A stretch of DNA of 64,000 bases from Myxococcota bacterium. GTDB lineage: Bacteria > Myxococcota > XYA12-FULL-58-9 > JABJBS01. Within the stretch, counting starts at the first letter, position 1; each line of letters begins with the position of its first letter. Where the stretch lies: the NCBI GenBank assembly GCA_036339465.1, contig JAYZAY010000030.1, positions 1 through 64,000 of the forward strand. Reading direction: 5' to 3'. The position numbers and the translations under genes were made by a program. Shown piece after piece: positions 29,714 through 39,006 of the stretch. Under the pieces are notes generated by a model. The model saw only the letters and a program-made list of their open reading frames with translations, did no database searches and had not been told where the DNA came from.

Positions 29714-31054
29714 ATGGTCCGTTTTCTTGGGATATTTTTTATTGCAATGCCGTTGGTTTTGACGAGTTTTTCTCGGAAAAGTAATGCCGCTGAAACGACA
29801 AAAACGATGGTTTTAGTTCTTGTGGACGCTTTGCGCCCAGATCACTTAGGGAGCTACGGTTACTCGAAGGCGACATCACCTAATATCGATAGATTGGCGA
29901 GGGAAGGAAGCCGGTATACTCGGGTTTATGCCAATGCACCGTGGACTCGGCCTTCCACGGCCAGTTTCTTGACCGGCCTCAATGCATCTCGACATCGTGC
30001 AGAGAGCGCAAAATCAAAATTACCTAAGAACGTTACAACCTTAGCCGAACGATTGAGAAAAAGAGGTTGGGTGACGGCAGGGTTTGTCGCAAATGGGAAT
30101 GGTGGTTCCTTGGCGGGCCTGGAAAAGGGGTTCCATCTTTTTCGGGACCCAACAAACTATTATACGAAGTCGAAAAGAGGCAAGACATACAATGGCTTGC
30201 CAAGGGGAGAGCTGATTGTTGAGGACTCTCTTAAGTGGCTCAAGCGTCAAAAAAACAAGAACGTCTTTCTCTTTCTCTTTTTAGTTGATCCCCACGACCC
30301 ATATCGGGCGCCGCGCCGCCTTGAAAAGGAGTTTCTTCCGAAAGGGTACAAAGGCAAGGTTCGCAGAACGGCTTTGTGGGAGTATAACAATGACTATTCT
30401 CCCCAAGAGCGGGAGGCGATGATTTCCGTATACGATGCTTCAATTCGGTATGCCGATGAGGCTCTAGGGAAATTCTTCGATGGCCTTAAGACACAGGGGC
30501 GCTATGACGATTCGACAATCATGGTCTCGGCGGACCATGGAGAAGGTTTTGGGGAACACAACTTCTATCTTCATGCTCACCATTTCTGGGATGAAGTTGT
30601 AAGAATTCCCCTTGTTATTAAGGGGCCTCAATTTAAGGCGGGAACAGTAAACAACATGCTTTGTGACTCCATCGATGTGACCCGAACGTTAGCCCAGCTT
30701 GGTGAAGCTGTTCATGCTGATCTACCGGGCAACAGCCTTTTAGGAGTTCATGCTCCCGGTAAGGTGGTGATTTCGGAATACAACGAGTTTGGTATCCGCC
30801 GTCAGGCGGCAGTCAATGATTCTTACAAGGTGATCTGGCAAAAACCGGTGGACCAGAAACGCTTCTTGGAGGCGGTGAAACGGCCAGAATATTTTCCCTC
30901 GGTTTCTATGGATAAAGAAGTCGTTCGGATCTTCAATCTCAAGTCAGATCCGATGGAAAAAAACGATTTGTTGTCCGGTGCCCCAAAAGAAGCTCTGAAG
31001 TTATTAGATACATTAAGAGCTTTTGTAAATCGCAGCCGGGAGCAGGGAAGTTAA
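29714..31054 (+). CDS. Exported sulfatase-like (alkaline phosphatase superfamily) hydrolase/transferase
   Basis: Signal peptide, VDALRPDH, PWTRPSTASFLTG, DPHDPY, SADHGE, DPME. Confidence 0.88.
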   Translation: MVRFLGIFFIAMPLVLTSFSRKSNAAETTKTMVLVLVDALRPDHLGSYGYSKATSPNIDRLAREGSRYTRVYANAPWTRPSTASFLTGLNASRHRAESAKSKLPKNVTTLAERLRKRGWVTAGFVANGNGGSLAGLEKGFHLFRDPTNYYTKSKRGKTYNGLPRGELIVEDSLKWLKRQKNKNVFLFLFLVDPHDPYRAPRRLEKEFLPKGYKGKVRRTALWEYNNDYSPQEREAMISVYDASIRYADEALGKFFDGLKTQGRYDDSTIMVSADHGEGFGEHNFYLHAHHFWDEVVRIPLVIKGPQFKAGTVNNMLCDSIDVTRTLAQLGEAVHADLPGNSLLGVHAPGKVVISEYNEFGIRRQAAVNDSYKVIWQKPVDQKRFLEAVKRPEYFPSVSMDKEVVRIFNLKSDPMEKNDLLSGAPKEALKLLDTLRAFVNRSREQGS

Positions 31055-31102
31055 TTCGAGCAATTGCTGTTCTCCCATGGGGATGTTAATTGCCTCCACG
31101 CA

Positions 31103-32065
31103 ATGAAGTCTTATTTCTATCAAAATGCTCTAATTTTGAGTTTAGCTCTAACCGGCTTTGCTTGCACGGACCGAGATCGGGCAGGCAGCGCGGAGCCGGT
31201 GGTAGGCCGTGTCAATGGTGAGCCAATTCTTGCGTCTGAATTGCAGTTAATGGTTCGAAAAAGGAGAGGAGGTTTAGGTGAAGCAGCGGACCTTTCAATT
31301 CCTCCTGACGCAGAACTCAATCGAATCCTCCAATCCATGGTGGATGAACGCCTGCTTGAGCAAGCAGCTCGACAGAAACAAATCGTAGTAGGGAATTCCG
31401 AAATCGACAGAGAGATTACTCGACTAAAGCGAGGATGGGCCAATGACGATTTCGATAGCATTATGGCTGGAATCTACGGCGATGAATTGGTGTTTCGAGC
31501 TCACCAGCGGAATCGATTGGTGGTCGACAAATACCTACGTAGGCATATCTTTTCTAGGATAGCTGTCCGAGATGGGGAGATAGAGACTCATTTAGAGCAA
31601 AATCTAAGCCGCTACCTTTCTCCGGCACGCATTCGTGTTCGTCAAATCCTTCTTGATACCCAGGAGAAAGCATCGAGAATTCACATGGAATTACGTCGTT
31701 CAAAGAAAACCTTTGAAGACTGGGCCATCGAAGTTTCGCTGGGGCCCGAGGCAAAAAACGGTGGAGATCTGGGATTTTTTGCCCTCGGGGAGATGCCAGA
31801 CGTTTTCGAGCGCTGTTTTTCCATGTGGAAGGGACAAGTGAGTGGCGTTGTCAAAAGCGATTTCGGGTTCCATATTTTTAAATTGATAGAGAAACGCCCA
31901 GCTCAAACGGAGCCGACTCAAGGTGTACGTAAACGCATTGAGATAGAACTTCGTACTGAAAAAGAACGCACGGCGTTGGGGGAGCATTTATTGAAGCTTC
32001 GGGCAAAGGCGGAAATGGAATTACCTGAGGAAGGAAGTTTATATGTGTGGTTTAAGGATTCTTAG
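31103..32065 (+). CDS. Parvulin-type peptidyl-prolyl isomerase lipoprotein (PrsA/SurA-like)
   Basis: Lipobox-like LTGFAC, GRVNGEPI, GGDLGFF..GEMP, VKSDFGFHIFK. Confidence 0.9.
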   Translation: MKSYFYQNALILSLALTGFACTDRDRAGSAEPVVGRVNGEPILASELQLMVRKRRGGLGEAADLSIPPDAELNRILQSMVDERLLEQAARQKQIVVGNSEIDREITRLKRGWANDDFDSIMAGIYGDELVFRAHQRNRLVVDKYLRRHIFSRIAVRDGEIETHLEQNLSRYLSPARIRVRQILLDTQEKASRIHMELRRSKKTFEDWAIEVSLGPEAKNGGDLGFFALGEMPDVFERCFSMWKGQVSGVVKSDFGFHIFKLIEKRPAQTEPTQGVRKRIEIELRTEKERTALGEHLLKLRAKAEMELPEEGSLYVWFKDS

Positions 32066-33032
32066 GACTGGATTTTTCACCGCTATCACGCTTCTTGTGG
32101 GCAGTGGTGTGGGTTTTGCAGGGGAGGTCATTGATCGTGTGGTTGCTGTTATTGAAGATCACATGATTACCTTGAGAGAGCTTGAAGCAAAAGCCGGGCC
32201 CTACTTCAATGAATTGAGTAAGGAACTGACGCCGGCCGCTCGGGCAGCTCAGGAAAAAGTCATTTTGTCGAAGATTCTCGATATTGAAATCGGTGAAAAA
32301 ATCGTCGACGCTGAATTGAAGAAATCACGTGAACGGCTCCGCGTGGGAGAGGAGGATATAGACCGAGCGGTTCAGGAAATCATGCGGATGAACAATCTAG
32401 ATCGTGAACAATTACAAGCAGCGTTGTATGGCCAGGGGATGACTTGGGCCGAATATCGCAAAAAGTTACGACTTCAAATTGAACGTAGTCGACTCATCCA
32501 GGCCAATGTTTCCGGCAACGTAGAGGTTAAAGCCCAAGAGGTGCGCCAAACTTGCTTGGACTCACAAAAAACGATTGTGAAAGAACCCCTTGTTTGTGCT
32601 GCCCATATTTTGCTTAGAGTTCCAGACAAGGATTCAGCTCAATTAGTGAAAGAGACCCACGCTCGTGCCTTGGCTCTTCAGTCAGAACTGCGTTCTGGAG
32701 CAGATTTTTCAGCGTACGCACTCAAATATTCTGATGATAAAAGCACGCCGGATGGTGATTTAGGATGCTTTGGTAAAGGGGAGATGGTGGGAGAATTTGA
32801 GTTGGTGGCTTTGAGTACGTCGGTGGGAGAGATTTCCGAGGTTGTGAAAACCATGTTTGGTTTCCACATTATTAAGGTTCGCGACAGGAAGATACCACAA
32901 GGCTCTAATTGTATTTCTGAAGCGGAACTGGCCCCTTACAAAAATAAGCTACAACAAAAGAAATTTGAAGAAGAAATGGGACGCTGGGTGAAGAAGCTTC
33001 GGAATAAATTGTATGTAGAAGTTCGATTATAG
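32043..33032 (+). CDS. surA: SurA-like periplasmic chaperone/PPIase
   Basis: Signal peptide, IDRVVAVI...ITL.EL SurA N-domain, AHILL, YSDD..GDLG.F..GEMV.EFE, FGFHIIKV. Confidence 0.85.
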   Translation: MCGLRILRTGFFTAITLLVGSGVGFAGEVIDRVVAVIEDHMITLRELEAKAGPYFNELSKELTPAARAAQEKVILSKILDIEIGEKIVDAELKKSRERLRVGEEDIDRAVQEIMRMNNLDREQLQAALYGQGMTWAEYRKKLRLQIERSRLIQANVSGNVEVKAQEVRQTCLDSQKTIVKEPLVCAAHILLRVPDKDSAQLVKETHARALALQSELRSGADFSAYALKYSDDKSTPDGDLGCFGKGEMVGEFELVALSTSVGEISEVVKTMFGFHIIKVRDRKIPQGSNCISEAELAPYKNKLQQKKFEEEMGRWVKKLRNKLYVEVRL

Positions 33033-33072
33033 CTCTTTTCTTCTCTCTTTTTCGGGGAGTGTTTGTCAGCTC

Positions 33073-33480
33073 ATGGCATTCATCTCATTCGAAGGAATTG
33101 ATATGTGGAAGAAAAACCATCTTGGTCAGGTCGATTTCCAAAAGATTCGTCACAAAATATAGCATGTGAAATCCCGCACTGATTTCGGGTAGCATTCTAT
33201 GCTTTGCGTGGGGAGTATCTGGAGATTCGCATGAGGTTTTCGGGCAACGAGTCTATGGCCTTAAGCATTGGTTTTCTTGAGGCAATGGTTACTGATGTAA
33301 GCTGACTTATACCCTATCCAGCCAGTCTAGGACCCTCTAAAACAGCGACCCTTGCAGTCATTGGATTTTAGGCAGGGTAATTCTAAGCCCTTGGTAACCA
33401 GCAGTGGGGAACGAACCCTGGCTGACACGTTGTCTGAAAAAGTAGCTTAGCGATGTCGGCGGCGGGATTGCTCCTACAGG
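33073..33480 (+). pseudogene. Possible thymidylate kinase (Tmk-like) remnant
   Basis: GGGGAG then ATG giving MAFISFEGID, then after a frameshift CGRKT (cf. FITFEGIDGCGKST). Downstream similarity is faint and there are many stops. Confidence 0.4.
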
Positions 33481-33899
33481 CTCTGGAGGTGGCGATGGCC
33501 GAATAGAGTCCTGCAATATTCTTACCCCAATGCTTTAAAGGATAGCCTCAGAGTTTCTTCAGGACTTTTGGGTTTAGGCAAAAAAGAGGTGAGCTAAACG
33601 GGCAATATCGTGCGTTCACAGTTTGTGAATTTAATCGGCGTGATTTTTTTGTTTGCCATGATGAGCTTCGGGGATACGTCGTTTAATGGAGATTGCACAG
33701 CTTGTGGGCTTGGCGTCTTCTTTGCTCGTTGTTCCCATGCGGGCACTTCTCAATCGTTGGGAACCCGGGAGAAATGTTTTTTCGTTGAAACTCATGAACC
33801 GGCTGGATAAAGCAGTTTTCCATAAAAACCTCCCTTCGAGCATTCGAGGGGGTAAGAACGATGTCAAGTGTTTCTGGTGATCATTCGGAGAAGTGAAAC

Positions 33900-34418
33900 A
33901 TGAAAAAAAAGTCAAAAAGACTGACTCATCTAAGAGCCAGCGGCGAAGTCTCCATGGTTGATATCGCACATAAATCAAATACTGAACGAATGGCAATTGC
34001 GGAAGCAATCATTAAGTTGAAGAGTACAACGCTACAAATGATTCAAAATAATACAATTGCAAAAGGGAGTGTATTAAGTACGGCAAGGATTGCTGGTATT
34101 ATGGGGGCCAAGCATACGGGACAACTGATTCCCCTCTGTCACCCCATCAACTTGTCTCATGTTGGAATTCTATTTGAATTTTTACCCAGCGGCATTCGAA
34201 TTTTGGCGAGGGCTTCAACGGTAGGGCCAACAGGAGTTGAAATGGAAGCAATGGCCGCAGTTTCGGTGGCAGCTTTGACCATCTACGATATGGTAAAAGG
34301 GGTGGAGCGCGGGGCTTCGATCTCAACCGCGAGGCTATTGGAAAAATCGGGTGGTAAATCGGGAAGGTGGTTTCGTCGAGGTGTTAAGTGGGACTCTGCC
34401 GATTTTGAAAGTCCTTGA
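33900..34418 (+). CDS. moaC: Cyclic pyranopterin monophosphate synthase MoaC
   Basis: LTHL...G..MVDI, ARIAGIMGAK.T..LIPLCH, TGVEMEA, TIYDMVK, KSGGKSG. Confidence 0.96.
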   Translation: MKKKSKRLTHLRASGEVSMVDIAHKSNTERMAIAEAIIKLKSTTLQMIQNNTIAKGSVLSTARIAGIMGAKHTGQLIPLCHPINLSHVGILFEFLPSGIRILARASTVGPTGVEMEAMAAVSVAALTIYDMVKGVERGASISTARLLEKSGGKSGRWFRRGVKWDSADFESP

Positions 34419-35190
34419 TTGCCTTGATGAGTCCATTGATGGATGGTTCTCGGGCAACGGCAGAAACAGTATAGCCGAGTCTTTTTGCTTCTTTCGAAGT
34501 CGTATCGCCGATACACGCAAGTTTTTGGGCGCTTAGTTTTAGGTTCCATTGGTCAAGAGCTCGAATTGCCGAGGGGCTCCAAAGAAGAATCCATGTTGAT
34601 CGCTTAAGTGTCTCGGTATCTTTTGGTTTCGGGAGCGGAGCAGGGCGATAGAGCGGAAACGAAAAGACTTTTGCTTCTTGTTTTGCCAGTCTGGTAGGCA
34701 AATGCTTTCGAGCTTCGGTGGAGGAAGGGAAGAGAAAGATTTTGTTTCTGAGTTGTCCTTTGAAAAAACCGACGATATGTTCACCGAGTGCGCAGGCGTT
34801 GGCACTGTCTGAAATTGAAATCGGCAGGTTGAATTTTCTGCAGTGTTCTGCGATTTTCTTGGACGGGAATGTAAAAATAGTCGGTTTCGAATCCAATAAA
34901 GCCTTTATCTTTGTCTTTCGATTTAAGGCATTTTCAAAGAATTGCGCAGCTCGAAAACTCGAAAAAATAATCCCGTCTAAATTGGAGGATGAGGCCTGAA
35001 TTTTCTCTATCGCTGACATGTCTGGCTCTTTAATTCCTGTGAATTCGATAACGGGTTGGGAGATGATGGTTGCATGTGTTTGCTCAAGTAGGTGATCGTC
35101 GTGACCCGTTGGGCTGGGTGGACGAGTATTCCAAATAATTTCCGTACTTAGCTCAGGGATGGGATTGATTTTAACCATTGACCTATTCAT
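34384..35190 (-). CDS. hemD: Uroporphyrinogen-III synthase
   Basis: NTRP, IIFSS..A, L..RL..V....YRP, WSPSAIR, ACIGDTT..A...G......EPS..GLI. Confidence 0.75.
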   Translation of the reverse strand: MNRSMVKINPIPELSTEIIWNTRPPSPTGHDDHLLEQTHATIISQPVIEFTGIKEPDMSAIEKIQASSSNLDGIIFSSFRAAQFFENALNRKTKIKALLDSKPTIFTFPSKKIAEHCRKFNLPISISDSANACALGEHIVGFFKGQLRNKIFLFPSSTEARKHLPTRLAKQEAKVFSFPLYRPAPLPKPKDTETLKRSTWILLWSPSAIRALDQWNLKLSAQKLACIGDTTSKEAKRLGYTVSAVAREPSINGLIKAIKDFQNRQSPT

Positions 35191-35238
35191 ATAAGCTATG
35201 AATGCTGAGCGACAGTATTACCAACAAAGGACCCAGCG

Positions 35239-36231
35239 ATGTTACCACTTTTTTTTGTTGGCTTGGTATTGGCCGCAACACCAACAGCGTCAGACTGGCC
35301 GGATTACCTAAAACAATATCGTTATGATTGCCCTGGCCCCCTCGATGCAACGATGAAGCCCAGAAAGCTTACGATTGCAAAGAGAGTGTATACCCATCAA
35401 GGCTATAAGTTAGTTCTTGACGACAAGCAGGCGGGTAAAGGTGCAAAGGTAGGCGTGATCAGCGCGAGCAAAGAGATGGTGGCTTCAACCTTAGAGAATA
35501 TTAAAGCAGCTCTTGCCTGGTTTAAGAAAGAGCAAGTTCATTGGATTATTGTGAATGGAGACATGACGACTGACGCTTTCGATATTGAAACGCTTTTTGG
35601 GCTCTTGGGCGATACCGAGGTGGGAGTCCTTGTAAATATGGGAAATGGTGATAGTTTTGGGGTATGGAATCGAATTTTCCGAAGAAAATCTGGCCAATAT
35701 CCGAACGTGATAAATGCTTCTTATATTCGACATATTGTTGCCGATGGCGTCGAGTTTTGGATCCTACCTGGTTACTACGACAAACGATTCCTGCATCAAA
35801 CAGGTGCATGTCGGTACAATAAGAAAGATGTCCGAGAGATGAAAGTGAAACTCCGAAAAGCCGGAGATAAGCCCACGGTGTTGGTTTCACACGGTCCTCC
35901 GCGTGGTTATGGTAGGGAGGCAATTGATTGGATTTCTGAGGGAGAGAATATTGGAGATATTGCTATTAACAAATTGCTCCAAAAACACGATATTAAATTT
36001 GGCCTTTTTAGTCATATTCTCGAGGCAGGGGGCAAGGCGGTTGGCAGTGATTTTAAGACAGCCGTTGGAGAAAGAAAAGGCGTTCAGAGCCTGTATGTCA
36101 ACACAGGTTCAATCTCCGGTGATCCATGGCCTATGAATTCAGGGAAAACATCCTATGGAATGGCAGCAATTGTCGAATACAAGAATGAAAATTCGAAATT
36201 TTGGCTGAAAAGGTTTCCATCTAGACATTAA
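35239..36231 (+). CDS. Exported calcineurin-like metallophosphoesterase-fold protein (degenerate motifs)
   Basis: Signal peptide; motif series ISASK / NGD / GNGD / VSHGPP / FSHILE / VNTGS. Confidence 0.65.
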   Translation: MLPLFFVGLVLAATPTASDWPDYLKQYRYDCPGPLDATMKPRKLTIAKRVYTHQGYKLVLDDKQAGKGAKVGVISASKEMVASTLENIKAALAWFKKEQVHWIIVNGDMTTDAFDIETLFGLLGDTEVGVLVNMGNGDSFGVWNRIFRRKSGQYPNVINASYIRHIVADGVEFWILPGYYDKRFLHQTGACRYNKKDVREMKVKLRKAGDKPTVLVSHGPPRGYGREAIDWISEGENIGDIAINKLLQKHDIKFGLFSHILEAGGKAVGSDFKTAVGERKGVQSLYVNTGSISGDPWPMNSGKTSYGMAAIVEYKNENSKFWLKRFPSRH

Positions 36232-36365
36232 GAGTGTGCAAAAATGAAACATCGTTTGTTGTACGATACACTTCCATGGGGGGCACCTGTTGAAATAGCA
36301 CGGTTTATTGCTGGCATGTTTTTTGAACACTAAATTGTCTAATTTAGTTTTATAGGAGATACCCA

Positions 36366-36581
36366 GTGAAAACGACTCAGCCAAAACCAGTATTTACAAT
36401 TATTGAAGCCCCAAATCTTGAGAAAGATATTTTCCGTAGAATAGGGACAGCCTTCGTAAACCGAGATGAAAGCATTACGGTTCTCCTGGATGCGCTGCCA
36501 CTCGGAGGAAAATTGCATATTAGAGAGCCACTTCCTGAACTAACGGTAAGTCGTGAAAGCGGGGACAACCTCCCCACGTAG
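36366..36581 (+). CDS. Small conserved hypothetical protein (RIG.AF.N.D.S..V.LDALP..G.L.IR type)
   Basis: GGAG RBS, GTG start, compact beta-rich 71-aa sequence with a motif recognised from small myxobacterial proteins. Confidence 0.7.
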   Translation: MKTTQPKPVFTIIEAPNLEKDIFRRIGTAFVNRDESITVLLDALPLGGKLHIREPLPELTVSRESGDNLPT

Positions 36582-36676
36582 AAAAATAGCTTATTTTGCG
36601 AACTCTTAGGTTGTTTGGGGTTAACACAGGATAAAAGAGTTGACCGCGTTATTAAACCAAGCGTAAGAGCTTAGCT

Positions 36677-37510
36677 ATGAGTATTTTGGTGGACTTCATG
36701 CCCATTGTACTGCCCATGCTCTATGGGCTGGTGAGCGTTAACTATTTGGTCTATTTCTTTCGGGCTGACCCTTTTGCGGAGCGGACAGCGACGCCTTCTT
36801 TGGTGGTGGTAGGCTTTCTTCATGCCCTTTTTCTCTTGAGTCGAGCGGTATTGTATCAACGGCATCCAGTCGGAACTTTACCTGAGGCTACCTCTGTCGT
36901 CGCGTTTACCGTTGTGCTTGTCTACCTTTACCTTGAGCAGGTTCAGAGAACCAAAACCACGGGTGTTTTTATTATTCCGTTGGTAGTGCTTTTACACATT
37001 GGCGCCTCGGTTTTTTTCCCCCATAGCGACTCTGAATCAGCAGCGACTGCTTTTATCAATAATCCGGTTTTCGGGTTTCATGCTGTTTTATCGGTTTGTG
37101 GTTACTCGGCTTTTGCGCTTGGGGCAGTTTATGGTGTGATGTTCCTACTCCTCTATCGAAATCTTAAAAGGAAGAAATTTGGCCTTGTTTTTGAGCGATT
37201 CCCCTCTTTGGATATTTTATCCCGCATGGTCGTTGGGTCGTCGATTTTTGGTTGGTTTTTCCTTACCGGAACAATCTTTCTGGGTGTTGTGATGTCTCTG
37301 GAGAAGTTTCCCGATTTCTATAAAGATCTGAAGTTCATGACCACCGTCATTGTTTGGGTTGTCTATGGCTTAAGCATAGGGAGTTACTATCTGTTGAATT
37401 GGCGTGGGGCACGGGCAGTGTACTTGTCGCTTATTGGGTTTGCTTTTGCTGTATTTACTGCTCTTGGCTCGGTTTTTTGGTGGTCATCGTTCCACGCGTT
37501 CTTAGTATGA
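36677..37510 (+). CDS. ccsA: Cytochrome c biogenesis CcsA/HemX-like membrane protein
   Basis: About 8 TM helices, conserved His (FHAVL), PSLD.L, DLK...T..VW..Y, W.G.R, terminal H. Directly upstream of hemA. Confidence 0.85.
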   Translation: MSILVDFMPIVLPMLYGLVSVNYLVYFFRADPFAERTATPSLVVVGFLHALFLLSRAVLYQRHPVGTLPEATSVVAFTVVLVYLYLEQVQRTKTTGVFIIPLVVLLHIGASVFFPHSDSESAATAFINNPVFGFHAVLSVCGYSAFALGAVYGVMFLLLYRNLKRKKFGLVFERFPSLDILSRMVVGSSIFGWFFLTGTIFLGVVMSLEKFPDFYKDLKFMTTVIVWVVYGLSIGSYYLLNWRGARAVYLSLIGFAFAVFTALGSVFWWSSFHAFLV

Positions 37511-37523
37511 GGTACGGTGATTC

Positions 37524-38807
37524 ATGGTGTTAACAAATCCAGAAAATTTCCAGGCCATAGGAATCAGTGTTCAGAATGCTCCTATCGCGACATTGGAGTC
37601 GATTGCCTTGGCCTCCGAAGAGGTGCGGAAAGTTCACCAAGTTTTACGGTCTAATTCTAGAGTATCTGGTGCCGTTGTTTTATCAACCTGTAATCGTACC
37701 GAGCTCTATATAGAGGGTGACAGCCGTGGGTCTTTAAGCCTCTTAGGCTATGAAGCACTCCAAAACGTCGTTGGTTACCGCGGCGCGCATCTTCGCGAGA
37801 ATAAGTTCTACCATTATCAAGGAAGGGATGGTTGTCGGCACCTGTTAAAGGTGGCTTGTGGATTGGATTCGATGATGCTTGGGGAAACTCAAATATTAGG
37901 ACAGCTCAAGCAAGCCTTCGAAATTTCAAGAGAGTTCTGGAAGCCGAGGACTTTGGATAAAGTGTTTGAGGGAGCGCTGCGGGTGGCTGCTAAAAGTCGT
38001 AGTGATACCAAAATTGGCTTGGGTGCTGTATCTGTGGCAAGTGTGGCTGTTCACTTAGCATCCCGGGTATTTTCTGACATTGAAGAGCAGCGGATTTTGG
38101 TTGTGGGAGCCGGGGAAACCGGCAAACTTGTTGCTCAGCATTTTGCGAAACGTGGGCCGAAGACTCTGAAAGTACTGAACCGTACCATTCATCGTGCTGA
38201 AGCTGTAGCGAATGTCTGTGGAGCGAAATTTGGCGGACTCGAAGAGATCGTCTCGAGTCTTCAGGAGGCTGATGTCGCTGTTTTCGCCCTTAGTAGTCCG
38301 AGTCCAGTCTTAAGCCGAAAAGATTTTCACGATTTATTGGCGATGCGGGCCGGGCGCCCCCTTCTGTTGATTGATTTGGGGATACCTCGTAATTTGGGGT
38401 CGGGTCCGGAGAGTTTTCTGAATGTATTTGTACACAATATTGAAGATTTACGTCACGTGGTCGACGCGAACTACAAGGAGCGAAAGAAGGCAATTCCTCA
38501 GGTTGAAGATTTGATTGAAATCGAGCTCAACCACCTTGAACGGATGGGGCGAGCGATTTCGGCAGGGCCAGCAATTCGGGCTTTAAGGACCTCCATTGAA
38601 CGCACCGGGCAAGCGGAATTAATGCGCTACCGCGAGGAACTCTCAGCAAAGGAACTAGAAACCGTGGAGCGGATTATCAAATCCATAAGCAATAAACTAC
38701 TTCATGGTCCCTCCATGGCTCTAAAAGACTACGCGGAGAAGACGAATGAGGCCACGGACGTCTTGGAAGCCATCCGAGTTATGTTTGAGGACACAGAAGA
38801 CAGGTAA
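37524..38807 (+). CDS. hemA: Glutamyl-tRNA reductase
   Basis: LSTCNRTELY, GLDSMMLGETQILGQLK, VGAGETG, DLGIPRN, NKLLHGP. Confidence 0.97.
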   Translation: MVLTNPENFQAIGISVQNAPIATLESIALASEEVRKVHQVLRSNSRVSGAVVLSTCNRTELYIEGDSRGSLSLLGYEALQNVVGYRGAHLRENKFYHYQGRDGCRHLLKVACGLDSMMLGETQILGQLKQAFEISREFWKPRTLDKVFEGALRVAAKSRSDTKIGLGAVSVASVAVHLASRVFSDIEEQRILVVGAGETGKLVAQHFAKRGPKTLKVLNRTIHRAEAVANVCGAKFGGLEEIVSSLQEADVAVFALSSPSPVLSRKDFHDLLAMRAGRPLLLIDLGIPRNLGSGPESFLNVFVHNIEDLRHVVDANYKERKKAIPQVEDLIEIELNHLERMGRAISAGPAIRALRTSIERTGQAELMRYREELSAKELETVERIIKSISNKLLHGPSMALKDYAEKTNEATDVLEAIRVMFEDTEDR

Positions 38808-39006
38808 GACTGATCCCATTGACGATATAATGAATTGAAGGGATCGCTGCCCGGCTTGACGGCAATGTTTGCGCTTTTTATAAGCCCTCCCCAACTGGCA
38901 GTTTATCATCTGCAGTCACGGGATTGCCCGGTGTTAACATCAGTGACATAGTGACTGGCAAATGGGTAAATAGTGGTGCTAGATAGAGTAGCGATGAGGT
39001 TATTGA

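Noticed and set aside
34384..34418. 35-bp convergent overlap of moaC and hemD
   Set aside because: Short tail-to-tail overlaps are common and both cores are intact.
38808..39006. Possible riboswitch or structured RNA upstream of ctaB (CAGTCAC...GTGACTG inverted repeat, CGGG-ATTG-CCCG hairpin)
   Set aside because: The stems are short and no known riboswitch, FNR or sigma54 consensus could be matched convincingly.
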